This document shows, piece after piece, positions 1-8,265 of a stretch of DNA of 64,000 nucleotides. The stretch is from Candidatus Protoclostridium gallicola. GTDB lineage: Bacteria > Bacillota > Clostridia > Christensenellales > Pumilibacteraceae. The stretch covers positions 6,376 through 70,375 of the forward strand of contig CAJFLE010000006.1 in assembly GCA_904387375.1 (NCBI GenBank), given 5' to 3'. Both the position numbers and the translations under genes were made by a program. The notes under the pieces were generated by a model. The model ran no database searches. It had not been told where the DNA came from and saw only the letters and a program-made list of their open reading frames with translations. Numbering within the stretch: the stretch's first letter is position 1; each line of letters starts with the position of its first letter.

Positions 1-749
1 TTGAACATTCCTTTTTTGCGATTATATAATATATATTTTTCCCGTACTTCGGCTATTTTCGTTCTGCCGACAGGAACTGTTTCTCCGGTGATAAGCGTTA
101 TGTTGTCGTAATCGATACGTCTTATGAATTTACAGTTGACCAAAAACGCCTTATGGCACCTGATAAAATCGGAATCCCCGAGCTGTTCAAATATCTTCTC
201 GAGCGAAGATCTGATCTTCACGGGCTCCTTGGACTCGGTAATATGTATATACTGATAGTCCTTGACGGACTCTATATATTTTATCTCATCTCCGCGGATA
301 TTAACTATGGACGTTTTACTGCGAAAAGCGACAATATTCCCCTGTCCACTATGTCTCGATATCTGATCATTTATAAACCTTTTGATAAGAGGTTCTATGT
401 CTTCCAAAAATCTGCTTTTGCGAAGAAAGCCGTAAGGTCGTACTGAAAAACAATCAAAAACTCTGTTTTCCTGTCCCGATATATATATAATTTCGGTACG
501 GCTGGAATAATGGCGAATCTTGGTCCCGATATCAATACCGTCGTACGTGGGCATATTGACATCAAGAAATACGGCGTCATAATCGATTACCCCCCCCCGA
601 TCGAGCTTGTTGTAAAACTCTTCGGAAGACACGTAACAATCGCAGGTGACGGCATACCCCGCTTGTCCGACAATTCCGATTATCGCATTTGAAACGGAAT
701 CGGCCGCAATCTTACTGTCATCGAGTACGGCAAAATAAAAACTCTTCAT
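1..749 (-). CDS. LytTR-family response regulator (REC + LytTR); C-terminal end runs off the window
   Basis: Absent from the ORF track because it has no in-window stop. Manual minus-strand translation from ATG 749..747 gives MKSFYFAVLDDSKIAADS..DAVFLDVNMPTYDGIDIG (receiver motifs), then ..IKYIESVKDYQYIHI..FIRCHKAFLVNCKFIRRID (LytTR signature). The frame is open to nt 1. A 22-nt gap separates it from the partner kinase stop. Confidence 0.8.
   Translation of the reverse strand, partial: MKSFYFAVLDDSKIAADSVSNAIIGIVGQAGYAVTCDCYVSSEEFYNKLDRGGVIDYDAVFLDVNMPTYDGIDIGTKIRHYSSRTEIIYISGQENRVFDCFSVRPYGFLRKSRFLEDIEPLIKRFINDQISRHSGQGNIVAFRSKTSIVNIRGDEIKYIESVKDYQYIHITESKEPVKIRSSLEKIFEQLGDSDFIRCHKAFLVNCKFIRRIDYDNITLITGETVPVGRTKIAEVREKYILYNRKKGMF
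590..598. repeat. C9 (G9 on the coding strand) homopolymer inside the LytTR regulator gene
   Basis: Nine consecutive C counted on the + strand. They encode ..RGGV.. around codons 50-53 of the regulator, and the frame is intact at this length. Confidence 0.9.
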
Positions 750-771
750 TTTCGTTACCCCTCTCTGTAAT

Positions 772-2136
772 CTATTTCCTCTTTTTATCGAAAAACAGAT
801 CCAACATCGCCTCGGCAATAAATTTGTCTTCTTCAACGGAGAACATTGCATGCCCGTTAAACTTTGCCGCAATCTGTCTAATTATTTTCGTGCCGTAACC
901 GTGGTTATTTACATCGGATTTTTCCGTATTCAGAGATAGCAGCGACTCTTTATCCGCATTGTGAGGGATGGGATTAATAACCTGAATGAATAAATATTCC
1001 TGCATAATCGAAATGTTTATCCTGACTTCTCCGTTTTCTATATTATTTCTGTTGCACGCCTCTATGGCGTTATCTATCATATTTGTGAGCAGCGAACAGA
1101 ACATTACCTCGTCGAACGGCAGCACGGGTGGTACGTTCAGACTCGTCAAAAACTTCACACCGCACGCATCCGCCTTCCCTTTTTCCATATTTAATATGTT
1201 GCTTACCATTCTATTACCGCAGTCTATTATAGACAGCGATTCGAGATGATTTCTCGTAATGGACTCCAAATATTTTTTGAGCTCTTCGTATTCGCCGCGT
1301 TTGAATAACTCCGCCATATAAGCATACCTATTTTCAGCGTCATGCATGAACGTCCTTATATCTTTCAGATTTCTGTCCGTCAAATTCAGCATATCTGCAT
1401 TCGCCTGCATGATCTTGTTCTGCGCCTGCAATTCGAGCTCGGAGTCGCTGCGTTCGCATATGAAATACAGGTTTAGATAGTTCAGAAGATGTATTGAAAG
1501 CAGCGCGACGCCGATTATTGCAAGAATAATTCTCACGGCGCTACGTCCGTCGTCGTTGAACACAGTCTGCACAACGAGAGAAGTCGCAACGAATATCATT
1601 ACTATGAAACAGCTGATGATTATAAGAACCGTATTTTTCCGCGGTATGGAAATAAATCTGTTCAGATTAAAACGGTTAATCAGCAGCCCGAGCGGTACGA
1701 GCAGCAAATTCACCAATATAATGAACACTCCGACGAGCACCTCGTTTCCAGGGCCGACATAAAAATAACAGACATCGCGCAGGCAGTCTGAGATCAGAAC
1801 AACGGATGCTGAGATCACCCCTATAAGAATCACAACGATGTTTTTTTTGTATTTACTGAAAAATATACCGTACAGTACGGTAGCCGTTATATCCGCAAAT
1901 AACGAGTTGAGCCGCTGAAGCGGCGGGACAAGGACAAAAATGCTGCCGTACAATGCCTCCAGCAGCGAATATACAAACGCGATTCCTGCGACGCTCGCCA
2001 TAAATATCAATATGGATTTTCCATCGTGTTTAGGCGGAGTAAAAACAAAAGCGATACAGAAACCTATCAACAGGATCTGCGCAACATGGTATCCGTCCAA
2101 CCTATCATTGTAATATTTGACAAAAGATTCTATCAT
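772..2136 (-). CDS. Membrane sensor histidine kinase, GHKL ATPase, AgrC/ComD/LytS-like (pairs with LytTR regulators)
   Basis: 454-aa ORF. The N-terminal half is multiple hydrophobic helices. The C-terminal half has an N-box-like MIDNAIEAC and a G-box-like NNHGYGTKIIRQIA. It is AT-rich relative to its neighbours. Confidence 0.8.
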   Translation of the reverse strand: MIESFVKYYNDRLDGYHVAQILLIGFCIAFVFTPPKHDGKSILIFMASVAGIAFVYSLLEALYGSIFVLVPPLQRLNSLFADITATVLYGIFFSKYKKNIVVILIGVISASVVLISDCLRDVCYFYVGPGNEVLVGVFIILVNLLLVPLGLLINRFNLNRFISIPRKNTVLIIISCFIVMIFVATSLVVQTVFNDDGRSAVRIILAIIGVALLSIHLLNYLNLYFICERSDSELELQAQNKIMQANADMLNLTDRNLKDIRTFMHDAENRYAYMAELFKRGEYEELKKYLESITRNHLESLSIIDCGNRMVSNILNMEKGKADACGVKFLTSLNVPPVLPFDEVMFCSLLTNMIDNAIEACNRNNIENGEVRINISIMQEYLFIQVINPIPHNADKESLLSLNTEKSDVNNHGYGTKIIRQIAAKFNGHAMFSVEEDKFIAEAMLDLFFDKKRK

Positions 2137-2230
2137 TTCCTCTTCTCTTTGTTTATATTAACACAAATATTACAGGTTGTCAATATCAAATAAAAAATTT
2201 AATTCAGTTCCGCCGGCGAAAGCTTTCTAG

Positions 2231-2261
2231 ACAAAAACCCGGATCGTAACGAGCCGGGTTT
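2231..2261 (-). terminator. Intrinsic terminator after the glutamate synthase operon
   Basis: Minus strand reads AAACCCGG-11 nt-CCGGGTTT followed by TTGT, 65 nt after the stop at 2326. Confidence 0.6.
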
Positions 2262-2325
2262 CGGTATGCCATGATATTATGCGTGTCTTACCTTGCAATT
2301 ATTCCGCCGCGTGCGCACGACGAGG

Positions 2326-3048
2326 TCACATCGTGCGGTTGCAGTACATGGTCTTGTATATCTTGGAGGTGCCGGGGCGGAGCACGAAGAACTCGTGGGA
2401 GAGCAGCACGTCGGCGTCGTACGGGAAGTACGAGCAGAATTCGCGCACGAGGGGTTCGAGCTCGGATTTGTCGGTCACGGGGTGCGCTTCCACCTGGGGC
2501 GGAAGGTCGTCGGGGACGAAGCGGGAGCGGACGTAGATCTTGCCGCCGTGCATGCCGGTGGCGACGAAATCGCCCACGCACTGTCTGTCCTCGCTGCCTA
2601 TGCCGAGCACGACGATTATGCCGCCCGCCTGGTACTCGCCGAGGTAAGCGCCAGCGGTGCCGCCGACGACGATCTTGGGCACGTGCGAGCCGTACTCCTT
2701 CATGTGTATGCCGACGCGGTAGCCTGCGTAGCCGCGTATGAAAATCTTGCCGTCGCGCATGCCGTAGCCCGTCGTGTCGCCGCAGTTGCCGTGTATGATG
2801 ACGGTGCCCGCGTTCATCGTGTCGCCGAGCGCGTCCTGGCCGTTGCCGTTGACCTCTATGGTGCAGTCGTTGAGATATGCGCCGAGAGCGTTGCCGGGCA
2901 CGCCGTTGATGACGATGTGCTTGCCGCTTGCGCCCGCGGCGATGTAGCGCTGGCCGAGTACGTTGTCTATCTCGACGTCGCGGTCGGGACAGGTCTTGAC
3001 CAGTCTGTCCAGTTCCGCGTAATTCATTCCTTTGGCGTCTATAACCAT
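2326..3048 (-). CDS. GXGXG-repeat protein (glutamate synthase alpha-subunit C-terminal domain homolog)
   Basis: 240 aa with repeated G-x-x-G-x-x-x-G beta-helix motifs (INGVPGNALGAYLNDCTIEVNGNGQDALGDTMNAGTVIIHGNCGDTTGYGMRDGKIFIRG). AGGAGA RBS before ATG 3048. Confidence 0.8.
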   Translation of the reverse strand: MVIDAKGMNYAELDRLVKTCPDRDVEIDNVLGQRYIAAGASGKHIVINGVPGNALGAYLNDCTIEVNGNGQDALGDTMNAGTVIIHGNCGDTTGYGMRDGKIFIRGYAGYRVGIHMKEYGSHVPKIVVGGTAGAYLGEYQAGGIIVVLGIGSEDRQCVGDFVATGMHGGKIYVRSRFVPDDLPPQVEAHPVTDKSELEPLVREFCSYFPYDADVLLSHEFFVLRPGTSKIYKTMYCNRTM

Positions 3049-3061
3049 GATATTCTCTCCT

Positions 3062-4306
3062 TTATCTGCCGAGCACCGCTTTGACGTAGTCCATGCCCAG
3101 CGCGGCGAGCTGAGGCTCTTTCATGAGCGTTTCCAGATCGACGCCGCTCACCGGCGTGCGCTTTCTGATCATGTCGGTGAGTATGCCGACGCGGCTGTAC
3201 TCCCCTATCTGAATGAAGCCCGTGAGCCGGTCGCCGTCCACGAAGAAGCGGCGGAAGAACTTGTCGTCTTTCAGCGTGATCGCCTCGCCGGTGTACGAGC
3301 CCGCCGTGATGATATGCAGGCCGAGGAAGCCGCCCGCGTTGACGGGAAGATACTCCCGCCTGAGCGGTTTGCCGCCGCTCATGGCGCAGCCCGCCGTTTC
3401 GCCCTGCATATACGCGTTGGGCTGTATGGCGAGCGGACGCACGCCGCTTATCGTGACATCGTAGGACAGCGAGCAGTCGCCGGCCGCGTACACGTCGGGA
3501 AGGTCGGTCAGGCGGTCGTCGTCCGTGACTATGCCGCGCATTACCCGCCCGCCCGATTCCAGCTGCGTCCTGCCGCCCGCCTCGGCGACGAGGGACACGT
3601 TGGGGCGGACGCCCACGCCGGTGACGAGCACGTCGAAGCCTATCTCCGTGCCGCTTTTGAGCTTTGCGGACTTCGCTTCGTATTCGGCGACCGAATCGGA
3701 CAGGAAGAACTTAATGCCCTTGCCTTCGAGGTATTCCTTTATTATGCCGGACGACTCGGCGTCCATGACAGCGGGAAGCACTCTGTCCGCCATATCCACG
3801 ACGGTGATGCTGCCCGCGCGTTCGTAAAGGCCTTCGGCGCATTTCAGACCGGTCAGTCCGGCGCCGACGATGAGCACGCGGCTCTTTTTCGTCACCTTCT
3901 TTTCCAGCGCGAGCGCGTCGGCGAAGTTGATGAAAGTGAACTTGTTTCTGACTTTGTCGTAGCCGGGCGTGGGCGGGACGAAGGGCGACGAGCCGGTCGC
4001 GACGAGCAGTTTGTCGTACGCGTATTCCTTTCCGCCCGCGGTCACCGTCTTTTTCGCCGGGTCTATCTTGGTCGCCGGGGTGCCGAGCAGCAGCGTCACT
4101 CCGTTGTCGCGGTAGAAGCTCTCGCCGCGGTAGCCCATTTTATCCGCCGTCGTCTTGCCTTCGAGATAATACGAGATGAGCGGCCGGCCGTAGCAGGGGA
4201 ATTTTTCGTCGGTGAAAACGGTTATTTCCCCGCTCTTATCGTTCTTTCTTATGGCCTCGATAGCGCCCACTGAGGCGGCGCCGTTTCCGATGATGACGTA
4301 CTTCAT
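3062..4306 (-). CDS. FAD/NAD(P)-dependent pyridine nucleotide-disulfide oxidoreductase family protein
   Basis: MKYVIIGNGAASVGAIEAI dinucleotide-binding N-terminus and a second Rossmann motif (VLIVGAGLTGLKCAE). I moved the start to ATG 4306, which has a GAGGAGG RBS, instead of the ORF-track start 4390. Confidence 0.8.
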   Translation of the reverse strand: MKYVIIGNGAASVGAIEAIRKNDKSGEITVFTDEKFPCYGRPLISYYLEGKTTADKMGYRGESFYRDNGVTLLLGTPATKIDPAKKTVTAGGKEYAYDKLLVATGSSPFVPPTPGYDKVRNKFTFINFADALALEKKVTKKSRVLIVGAGLTGLKCAEGLYERAGSITVVDMADRVLPAVMDAESSGIIKEYLEGKGIKFFLSDSVAEYEAKSAKLKSGTEIGFDVLVTGVGVRPNVSLVAEAGGRTQLESGGRVMRGIVTDDDRLTDLPDVYAAGDCSLSYDVTISGVRPLAIQPNAYMQGETAGCAMSGGKPLRREYLPVNAGGFLGLHIITAGSYTGEAITLKDDKFFRRFFVDGDRLTGFIQIGEYSRVGILTDMIRKRTPVSGVDLETLMKEPQLAALGMDYVKAVLGR

Positions 4307-4740
4307 GCTTCCTCCTCGAACACTATCGCGTTCGCCGGGCAGTGCGCGACGCACTGGGGCGTATAGTCCTTGCCCGCGCACAGCTGGCACTTTTTGATCG
4401 GCTTATTGTCCCCGCCGCTTATTATGCAGCCGTACGGACACATGGCGATGCAGGTGTGGCAGCCCACGCACTTGGTCTTGTCTATTCTTATGGCGCCGTA
4501 CTCGTCGCGCGAGAGCGCGCCGGATATGCAGCCTTTCATGCACAGCGGGTCGTCGCAGTGGCGGCAGTTGACCGCGAAGCGCACCGCGCCGTATTCCTCC
4601 ACCTGCATGCCGGCGGGCGGTTTTACCCCGCCCTCGAAGGCGAAGGGGAAATGCTTTTCGCCCGAGGCCGAGAACACGCACCAGTATTCGCACAGCCGGC
4701 AGCCGAGGCACCATTCTTCGTTTACGTATACTCTTTTCAT
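4303..4740 (-). CDS. 4Fe-4S dicluster ferredoxin-domain protein
   Basis: Several CxxCxxC(xxx)C(P) motifs: CLGCRLCEYWC, CRHCDDPLCMKGC, CVGCHTCIAMCP, CVAHCP. Start taken at MKRVYVNEEW (ATG 4740). The stop overlaps the next start. Confidence 0.75.
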   Translation of the reverse strand: MKRVYVNEEWCLGCRLCEYWCVFSASGEKHFPFAFEGGVKPPAGMQVEEYGAVRFAVNCRHCDDPLCMKGCISGALSRDEYGAIRIDKTKCVGCHTCIAMCPYGCIISGGDNKPIKKCQLCAGKDYTPQCVAHCPANAIVFEEEA

Positions 4741-4754
4741 GCCCTTGTCCCTCC

Positions 4755-6257
4755 TTACTCTCCGGCGTGCTTTATACCGAGGATATCCAGCTCTTTCTGC
4801 GACAGGCCTATGCCGCGCAGCATGAGGCGGTTGCCCCTGAGCGCTTCTATGGAGTTGATGCCCATGCCGCCCATCATTTCCATAATCTCGTGCGACCATG
4901 CGGTCACGAGATTTACCAGACGTTTGTAGCCGATGTCGGGGTTGAGCCGGCGCACGAGTTCGGGATCCTGCGTCGCTATGCCCCAGTTGCATTTGCCGGC
5001 GTGGCAGCTGCGGCAGAGGTGGCAGCCTATCGCGAGCAGCGCGGGAGTGGCGATATACACCGCGTCCGCGCCGAGTGCCACCGCCTTGACGACGTCGGCG
5101 CTCGAACGTATGGAGCCGGCGACGACTATGCCCACGTTGTTGCGTATGCCCTCTTCGCGCAGGCGGGAGTCCACCGCCGCAAGCGCGAGCTCGATGGGTA
5201 TGCCCACGTTGTCGCGTATGCGGGTGGGCGCCGCGCCCGTGCCGCCGCGGAAGCCGTCGATCGCTATGATATCGGCGCCGCTGCGCGCTATGCCGCTGGC
5301 TATGGCGGCGACGTTGTGCACCGCCGCTATTTTGACGATGACGGGCTTTTTGTAGTCCGTCGCCTCTTTAAGGCTGTATACGAGCTGGCGCAGATCCTCT
5401 ATGGAATAGATGTCGTGGTGCGGCGCGGGGGAAATCGCGTCGGTGCCCATGGGGATCATGCGCGTGCGCGACACCTCGGCGCCTATCTTCGCGCCGGGCA
5501 GGTGGCCGCCGATGCCCGGCTTCGCGCCCTGCCCTATCTTGATCTCTATCGCCTGGCCGGCTTCGAGATACGCCTCGTGCACGCCGAACCTGCCGCTCGC
5601 CACCTGCACTATGGTGTTATTGCCGTACTTGTACAGATCCTCGTGCAGGCCGCCCTCGCCGGTGTTGTAGAAGGTGCCGAGTTCTTCGGCCGCCCTCGCG
5701 AGGCAGAGGTGCGCGTTCTTGGATATGGAGCCGTAGCTCATCGCTGAGAACATGATGGGCGTTTTGAGTTCGAGGTTGGGATATTTCTCCACGGAAATGG
5801 AGCCGTCGGGATTGTATTTCACTTCTTCGGGCTTGCGGCCGAGGAAGGTCTTGATTTCCATGGGCTCGCGCAGCGGGTCGATGGACGGATTGGTGACCTG
5901 GGACGCGTTGATTAGCATTTTGTCCCAGTACACCGGGTAGTCCTTGGGCGTGCCCATCGAGGAGAGCAGCACGCCGCCCGTATCCGCCTGGCGGTATATG
6001 TCCTTGATTACCTCTTCTGTATAGTTCGCGCTCGGCTTGAAGCAGTGGTCGGTCCTGACTATTTTGAGCGCGCCAGCCGGGCAGAGCGTCACGCAGCGGT
6101 GGCAGTTGACGCAGCGGGAGTTGTCGACGTACAGCACGTCGCGTTTTTCGTCGTATTTGTGCACCTCGTTGGCGCACTGGCGCACGCACACTTTGCATTT
6201 GACGCAAAGCTCTTTGTCCCTGACGACTTCGTAGTCCGGTCTTATGTAGTTAAGCAT
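4755..6257 (-). CDS. Glutamate synthase FMN-binding (GltB domain 2-like) protein with N-terminal ferredoxin domain
   Basis: FSAMSYGSIS, YNTGEGGL and IEIKIGQGAKPGIGGHLPGAKI are hallmark glutamate synthase central-domain motifs. The N-terminus has two CxxCxxCxxxCP clusters. Start at MLNYIRP (ATG 6257) overlaps the upstream stop (TAATG). Confidence 0.85.
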   Translation of the reverse strand: MLNYIRPDYEVVRDKELCVKCKVCVRQCANEVHKYDEKRDVLYVDNSRCVNCHRCVTLCPAGALKIVRTDHCFKPSANYTEEVIKDIYRQADTGGVLLSSMGTPKDYPVYWDKMLINASQVTNPSIDPLREPMEIKTFLGRKPEEVKYNPDGSISVEKYPNLELKTPIMFSAMSYGSISKNAHLCLARAAEELGTFYNTGEGGLHEDLYKYGNNTIVQVASGRFGVHEAYLEAGQAIEIKIGQGAKPGIGGHLPGAKIGAEVSRTRMIPMGTDAISPAPHHDIYSIEDLRQLVYSLKEATDYKKPVIVKIAAVHNVAAIASGIARSGADIIAIDGFRGGTGAAPTRIRDNVGIPIELALAAVDSRLREEGIRNNVGIVVAGSIRSSADVVKAVALGADAVYIATPALLAIGCHLCRSCHAGKCNWGIATQDPELVRRLNPDIGYKRLVNLVTAWSHEIMEMMGGMGINSIEALRGNRLMLRGIGLSQKELDILGIKHAGE

Positions 6258-7393
6258 TATGCGCGTCCCTCCTTTTCGTCGAGTTCGACGATGACCGGTT
6301 CCCCGCCCGCGGGACTCCACGTCCTGTCGGGGTCGGGACAAATCGAGCGGATGGCGCACTCCTCGCTGGAAACGTACGTCACGTCATCCTTTTCCGCAGC
6401 CACCATGCTGCGCAGTTTGAGCCTGTCATTGAGCGCCATCATGCCGCCCGTGTAGCCGAGAATGATGGAGAACGGACCGGTGATGAGCAGCGACGCGTAC
6501 ATGTTGCGCAGCGTCGTCAGCTTGTCGCGCTCGGCGGGCTCCATGCGCTCTATCTGCGACCAGAACGGCGGCGCTATGACCTTGGCGACGTCGGGCAGAG
6601 TGAGCCTGCGCTTGCGGTGCAGGTAGTCTATGATATACGTGATGACTTCGGTATCCGTCAGCAGCGTGCATTTGTAGCCGTAGATTTCCATGAAACGGCG
6701 GTTGGCGTCGTACGACGAGATCTCGCCGTTGTGCACGATCGTATAGTTCAGGATATTGAACGGGTGCGCGCCGCCCCACCAGCCGGGGGTGTTGGTCGGG
6801 TAACGGCCGTGCGCCGTCCAGCAATAGCCCTTGTAATCTCCGAGGCGGTAGTATTCGCCCACGTCCTCGGGATAGCCCACGCCCTTGAACACGCCCATGT
6901 TCTTGCCAGACGAAAAGACGTACGCGCCCTTGATCTGCGTGTTGATATGTATGACGGAACGGCAGACGTATTCTTCCTCGTCCAGCTCGGTATGCGCCAT
7001 GACCTCGGGCAGGAGCTGCCCGAAATAACGCCATATGAGCGGTGCGCCGCTTATGCCGTACACTTTCTTCGTGGGTATGCGCTCCATGTTCGAGATGTCG
7101 AAGCGCTGTTTCAGGAAACTTTCGGTGGTTTCGCGCGCGGAATCGTTGTCATAGAAAATGTGGAACGCGTAGTGATCGGGGAAATCGGGATAAATCCCGT
7201 AGCCCGCAAAACCGCCGCCCAGTCCGTTGGAGCGGTCGTGCATATACGCCATGGCGTTCACCACGTCCGATGCGGGCAGCGCTCTGCCCTTGCGCGAAAA
7301 ATAGCCGCAAATCGCACAGCCGGAGGGTATCCTGATATTACCCTCCCGTCTGCTCTCTTCGACGCGGCTCAGCATCTGTTCGATTTCGTCCAT
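6257..7393 (-). CDS. Class-II glutamine amidotransferase (GltB domain 1-like)
   Basis: 378 aa with CAICGY near the N-terminus and the HGRYPTNTPGWWGGAHPF / IVHNGEISSY motifs typical of Ntn-type amidotransferases. It is the first gene of the operon. Confidence 0.8.
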   Translation of the reverse strand: MDEIEQMLSRVEESRREGNIRIPSGCAICGYFSRKGRALPASDVVNAMAYMHDRSNGLGGGFAGYGIYPDFPDHYAFHIFYDNDSARETTESFLKQRFDISNMERIPTKKVYGISGAPLIWRYFGQLLPEVMAHTELDEEEYVCRSVIHINTQIKGAYVFSSGKNMGVFKGVGYPEDVGEYYRLGDYKGYCWTAHGRYPTNTPGWWGGAHPFNILNYTIVHNGEISSYDANRRFMEIYGYKCTLLTDTEVITYIIDYLHRKRRLTLPDVAKVIAPPFWSQIERMEPAERDKLTTLRNMYASLLITGPFSIILGYTGGMMALNDRLKLRSMVAAEKDDVTYVSSEECAIRSICPDPDRTWSPAGGEPVIVELDEKEGRA

Positions 7394-7440
7394 AGTTACC
7401 CTTCTCCGTTATCCCTCTTGCCGCTCCGCGGCAGGGTACG

Positions 7441-7484
7441 AAAAAAGACGTCGGAAGGCATTATCTGCCCTTTCCGACGTCTTT
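7441..7484 (-). terminator. Terminator-like hairpin inside the short 5' leader of the glutamate synthase operon (possible attenuator)
   Basis: Minus strand reads AAAGACGTCGGAAAGG-loop-CCTTCCGACGTCTTT, running directly into TTTTTT. It lies about 47 nt upstream of ATG 7393 and just downstream of the predicted promoter. Confidence 0.55.
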
Positions 7485-7498
7485 GTCGCTGCCGTATT

Positions 7499-7527
7499 AT
7501 AATATTCTTTACGAAAAGAAATGTCAA
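7499..7527 (-). promoter_or_regulatory. Sigma-70-type promoter, TTGACA-17 nt-TATTAT
   Basis: -35 TTGACA at 7527..7522 and -10 TATTAT at 7504..7499 on the minus strand. Spacer counted by hand. Confidence 0.55.
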
Positions 7528-7613
7528 GCGTTTTTCGCGAATTTTTTCAAAATCAGTCCGGGCGGAAAATCGCCGCGTATTTTCGAATCCGTGATAATAC
7601 TTAAAATCCGCAC

Positions 7614-7646
7614 AAAAAAGCGGCGGCGGATCGATGATCCGCTGCC
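7614..7646 (-). terminator. Intrinsic terminator upstream of the operon promoter (end of a small RNA, or first leader terminator)
   Basis: Minus strand reads GCAGCGGATC-ATC-GATCCGCCGC (one mismatch) followed by GC + TTTTTT. Confidence 0.5.
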
Positions 7647-7769
7647 ACTCTGCCTTGCCGAATAAAAGGACTTTCTCAGTTTCATAGTTTATGAACGGCG
7701 GAGTAATATTCTTATATCGTTCCCGCACACATATAAAAACGCAATTGCTTGCGGAGATTCGGCTCCGTT

Positions 7770-7799
7770 ATATTATCAAACCGGTTATTGTTTTGTCAA
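7770..7799 (-). promoter_or_regulatory. Sigma-70-type promoter, TTGACA-18 nt-TAATAT
   Basis: -35 at 7799..7794 and -10 at 7775..7770 on the minus strand. No protein-coding gene lies between it and the terminator at 7646..7614. Confidence 0.45.
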
Positions 7800-7926
7800 G
7801 TAAATTACAATATATAAAACGATATTATAATAGTTTATAATTATGATATTAAAATAAATACGACAAAAATTATCGTTTTTTCATATACTATAATTCAGAA
7901 ACAGATTATATATAAGGATATGCAAA

Positions 7927-8172
7927 ATGAAATTGACCGAAGCGATAATAAAAAGAATCGAAGAACTTTCCTACTCCCACAATATAACCATTACGAAATG
8001 GAGTATGAAAGCGGGCATAATCCCTTCCACTCTTTACGGTATACTGAAACGTAAATCCGGCTGTCCCCGAATACAAACCGTAAAACTGTTGTGCGACGCA
8101 ATCGGTATTACGCTATCCGAATTTTTCGACGTCGATTATATAAATTCCGCGGAATACGAAGAAGAAAGATAA
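7927..8172 (+). CDS. XRE-family helix-turn-helix transcriptional regulator
   Basis: 81 aa. ITITKWSMKAGIIPSTLYGILKRKSGCPRIQTVKLLCDAIGITLSEFF is a typical HTH_3 fold pattern. Confidence 0.7.
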   Translation: MKLTEAIIKRIEELSYSHNITITKWSMKAGIIPSTLYGILKRKSGCPRIQTVKLLCDAIGITLSEFFDVDYINSAEYEEER

Positions 8173-8217
8173 CGGATTATAGAAACATTGAATCAGTATC
8201 AGTTTTTCAATATATAA

Positions 8218-8248
8218 GCGCCCGGAAAGCGGAATGCTTTCCGGGCGC
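8218..8248. terminator. Bidirectional terminator hairpin between convergent genes
   Basis: GCGCCCGGAAAGC-GGAAT-GCTTTCCGGGCGC, a 13-bp perfect stem, followed by TTTACG on + and TTATATATT on -. Confidence 0.7.
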
Positions 8249-8265
8249 TTTACGTTCGGGTCGTT

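Noticed and set aside
7396-7728. 110-aa minus-strand ORF, and a 53-codon ORF starting at ATGAAACTG, within the glutamate synthase upstream region.
   Set aside because: They have no RBS, run through two terminator hairpins and a promoter, and have a basic low-complexity composition. The region is better explained as regulatory RNA.
7794-7809. TnrA/GlnR-like palindrome TGTCAAGTAAATTACA overlapping the distal promoter upstream of the glutamate synthase operon.
   Set aside because: The known box is 17 bp (TGTNA-N7-TNACA). This site has a 6-nt spacer, so it does not fit the consensus. I kept it only as a remark within the leader finding.
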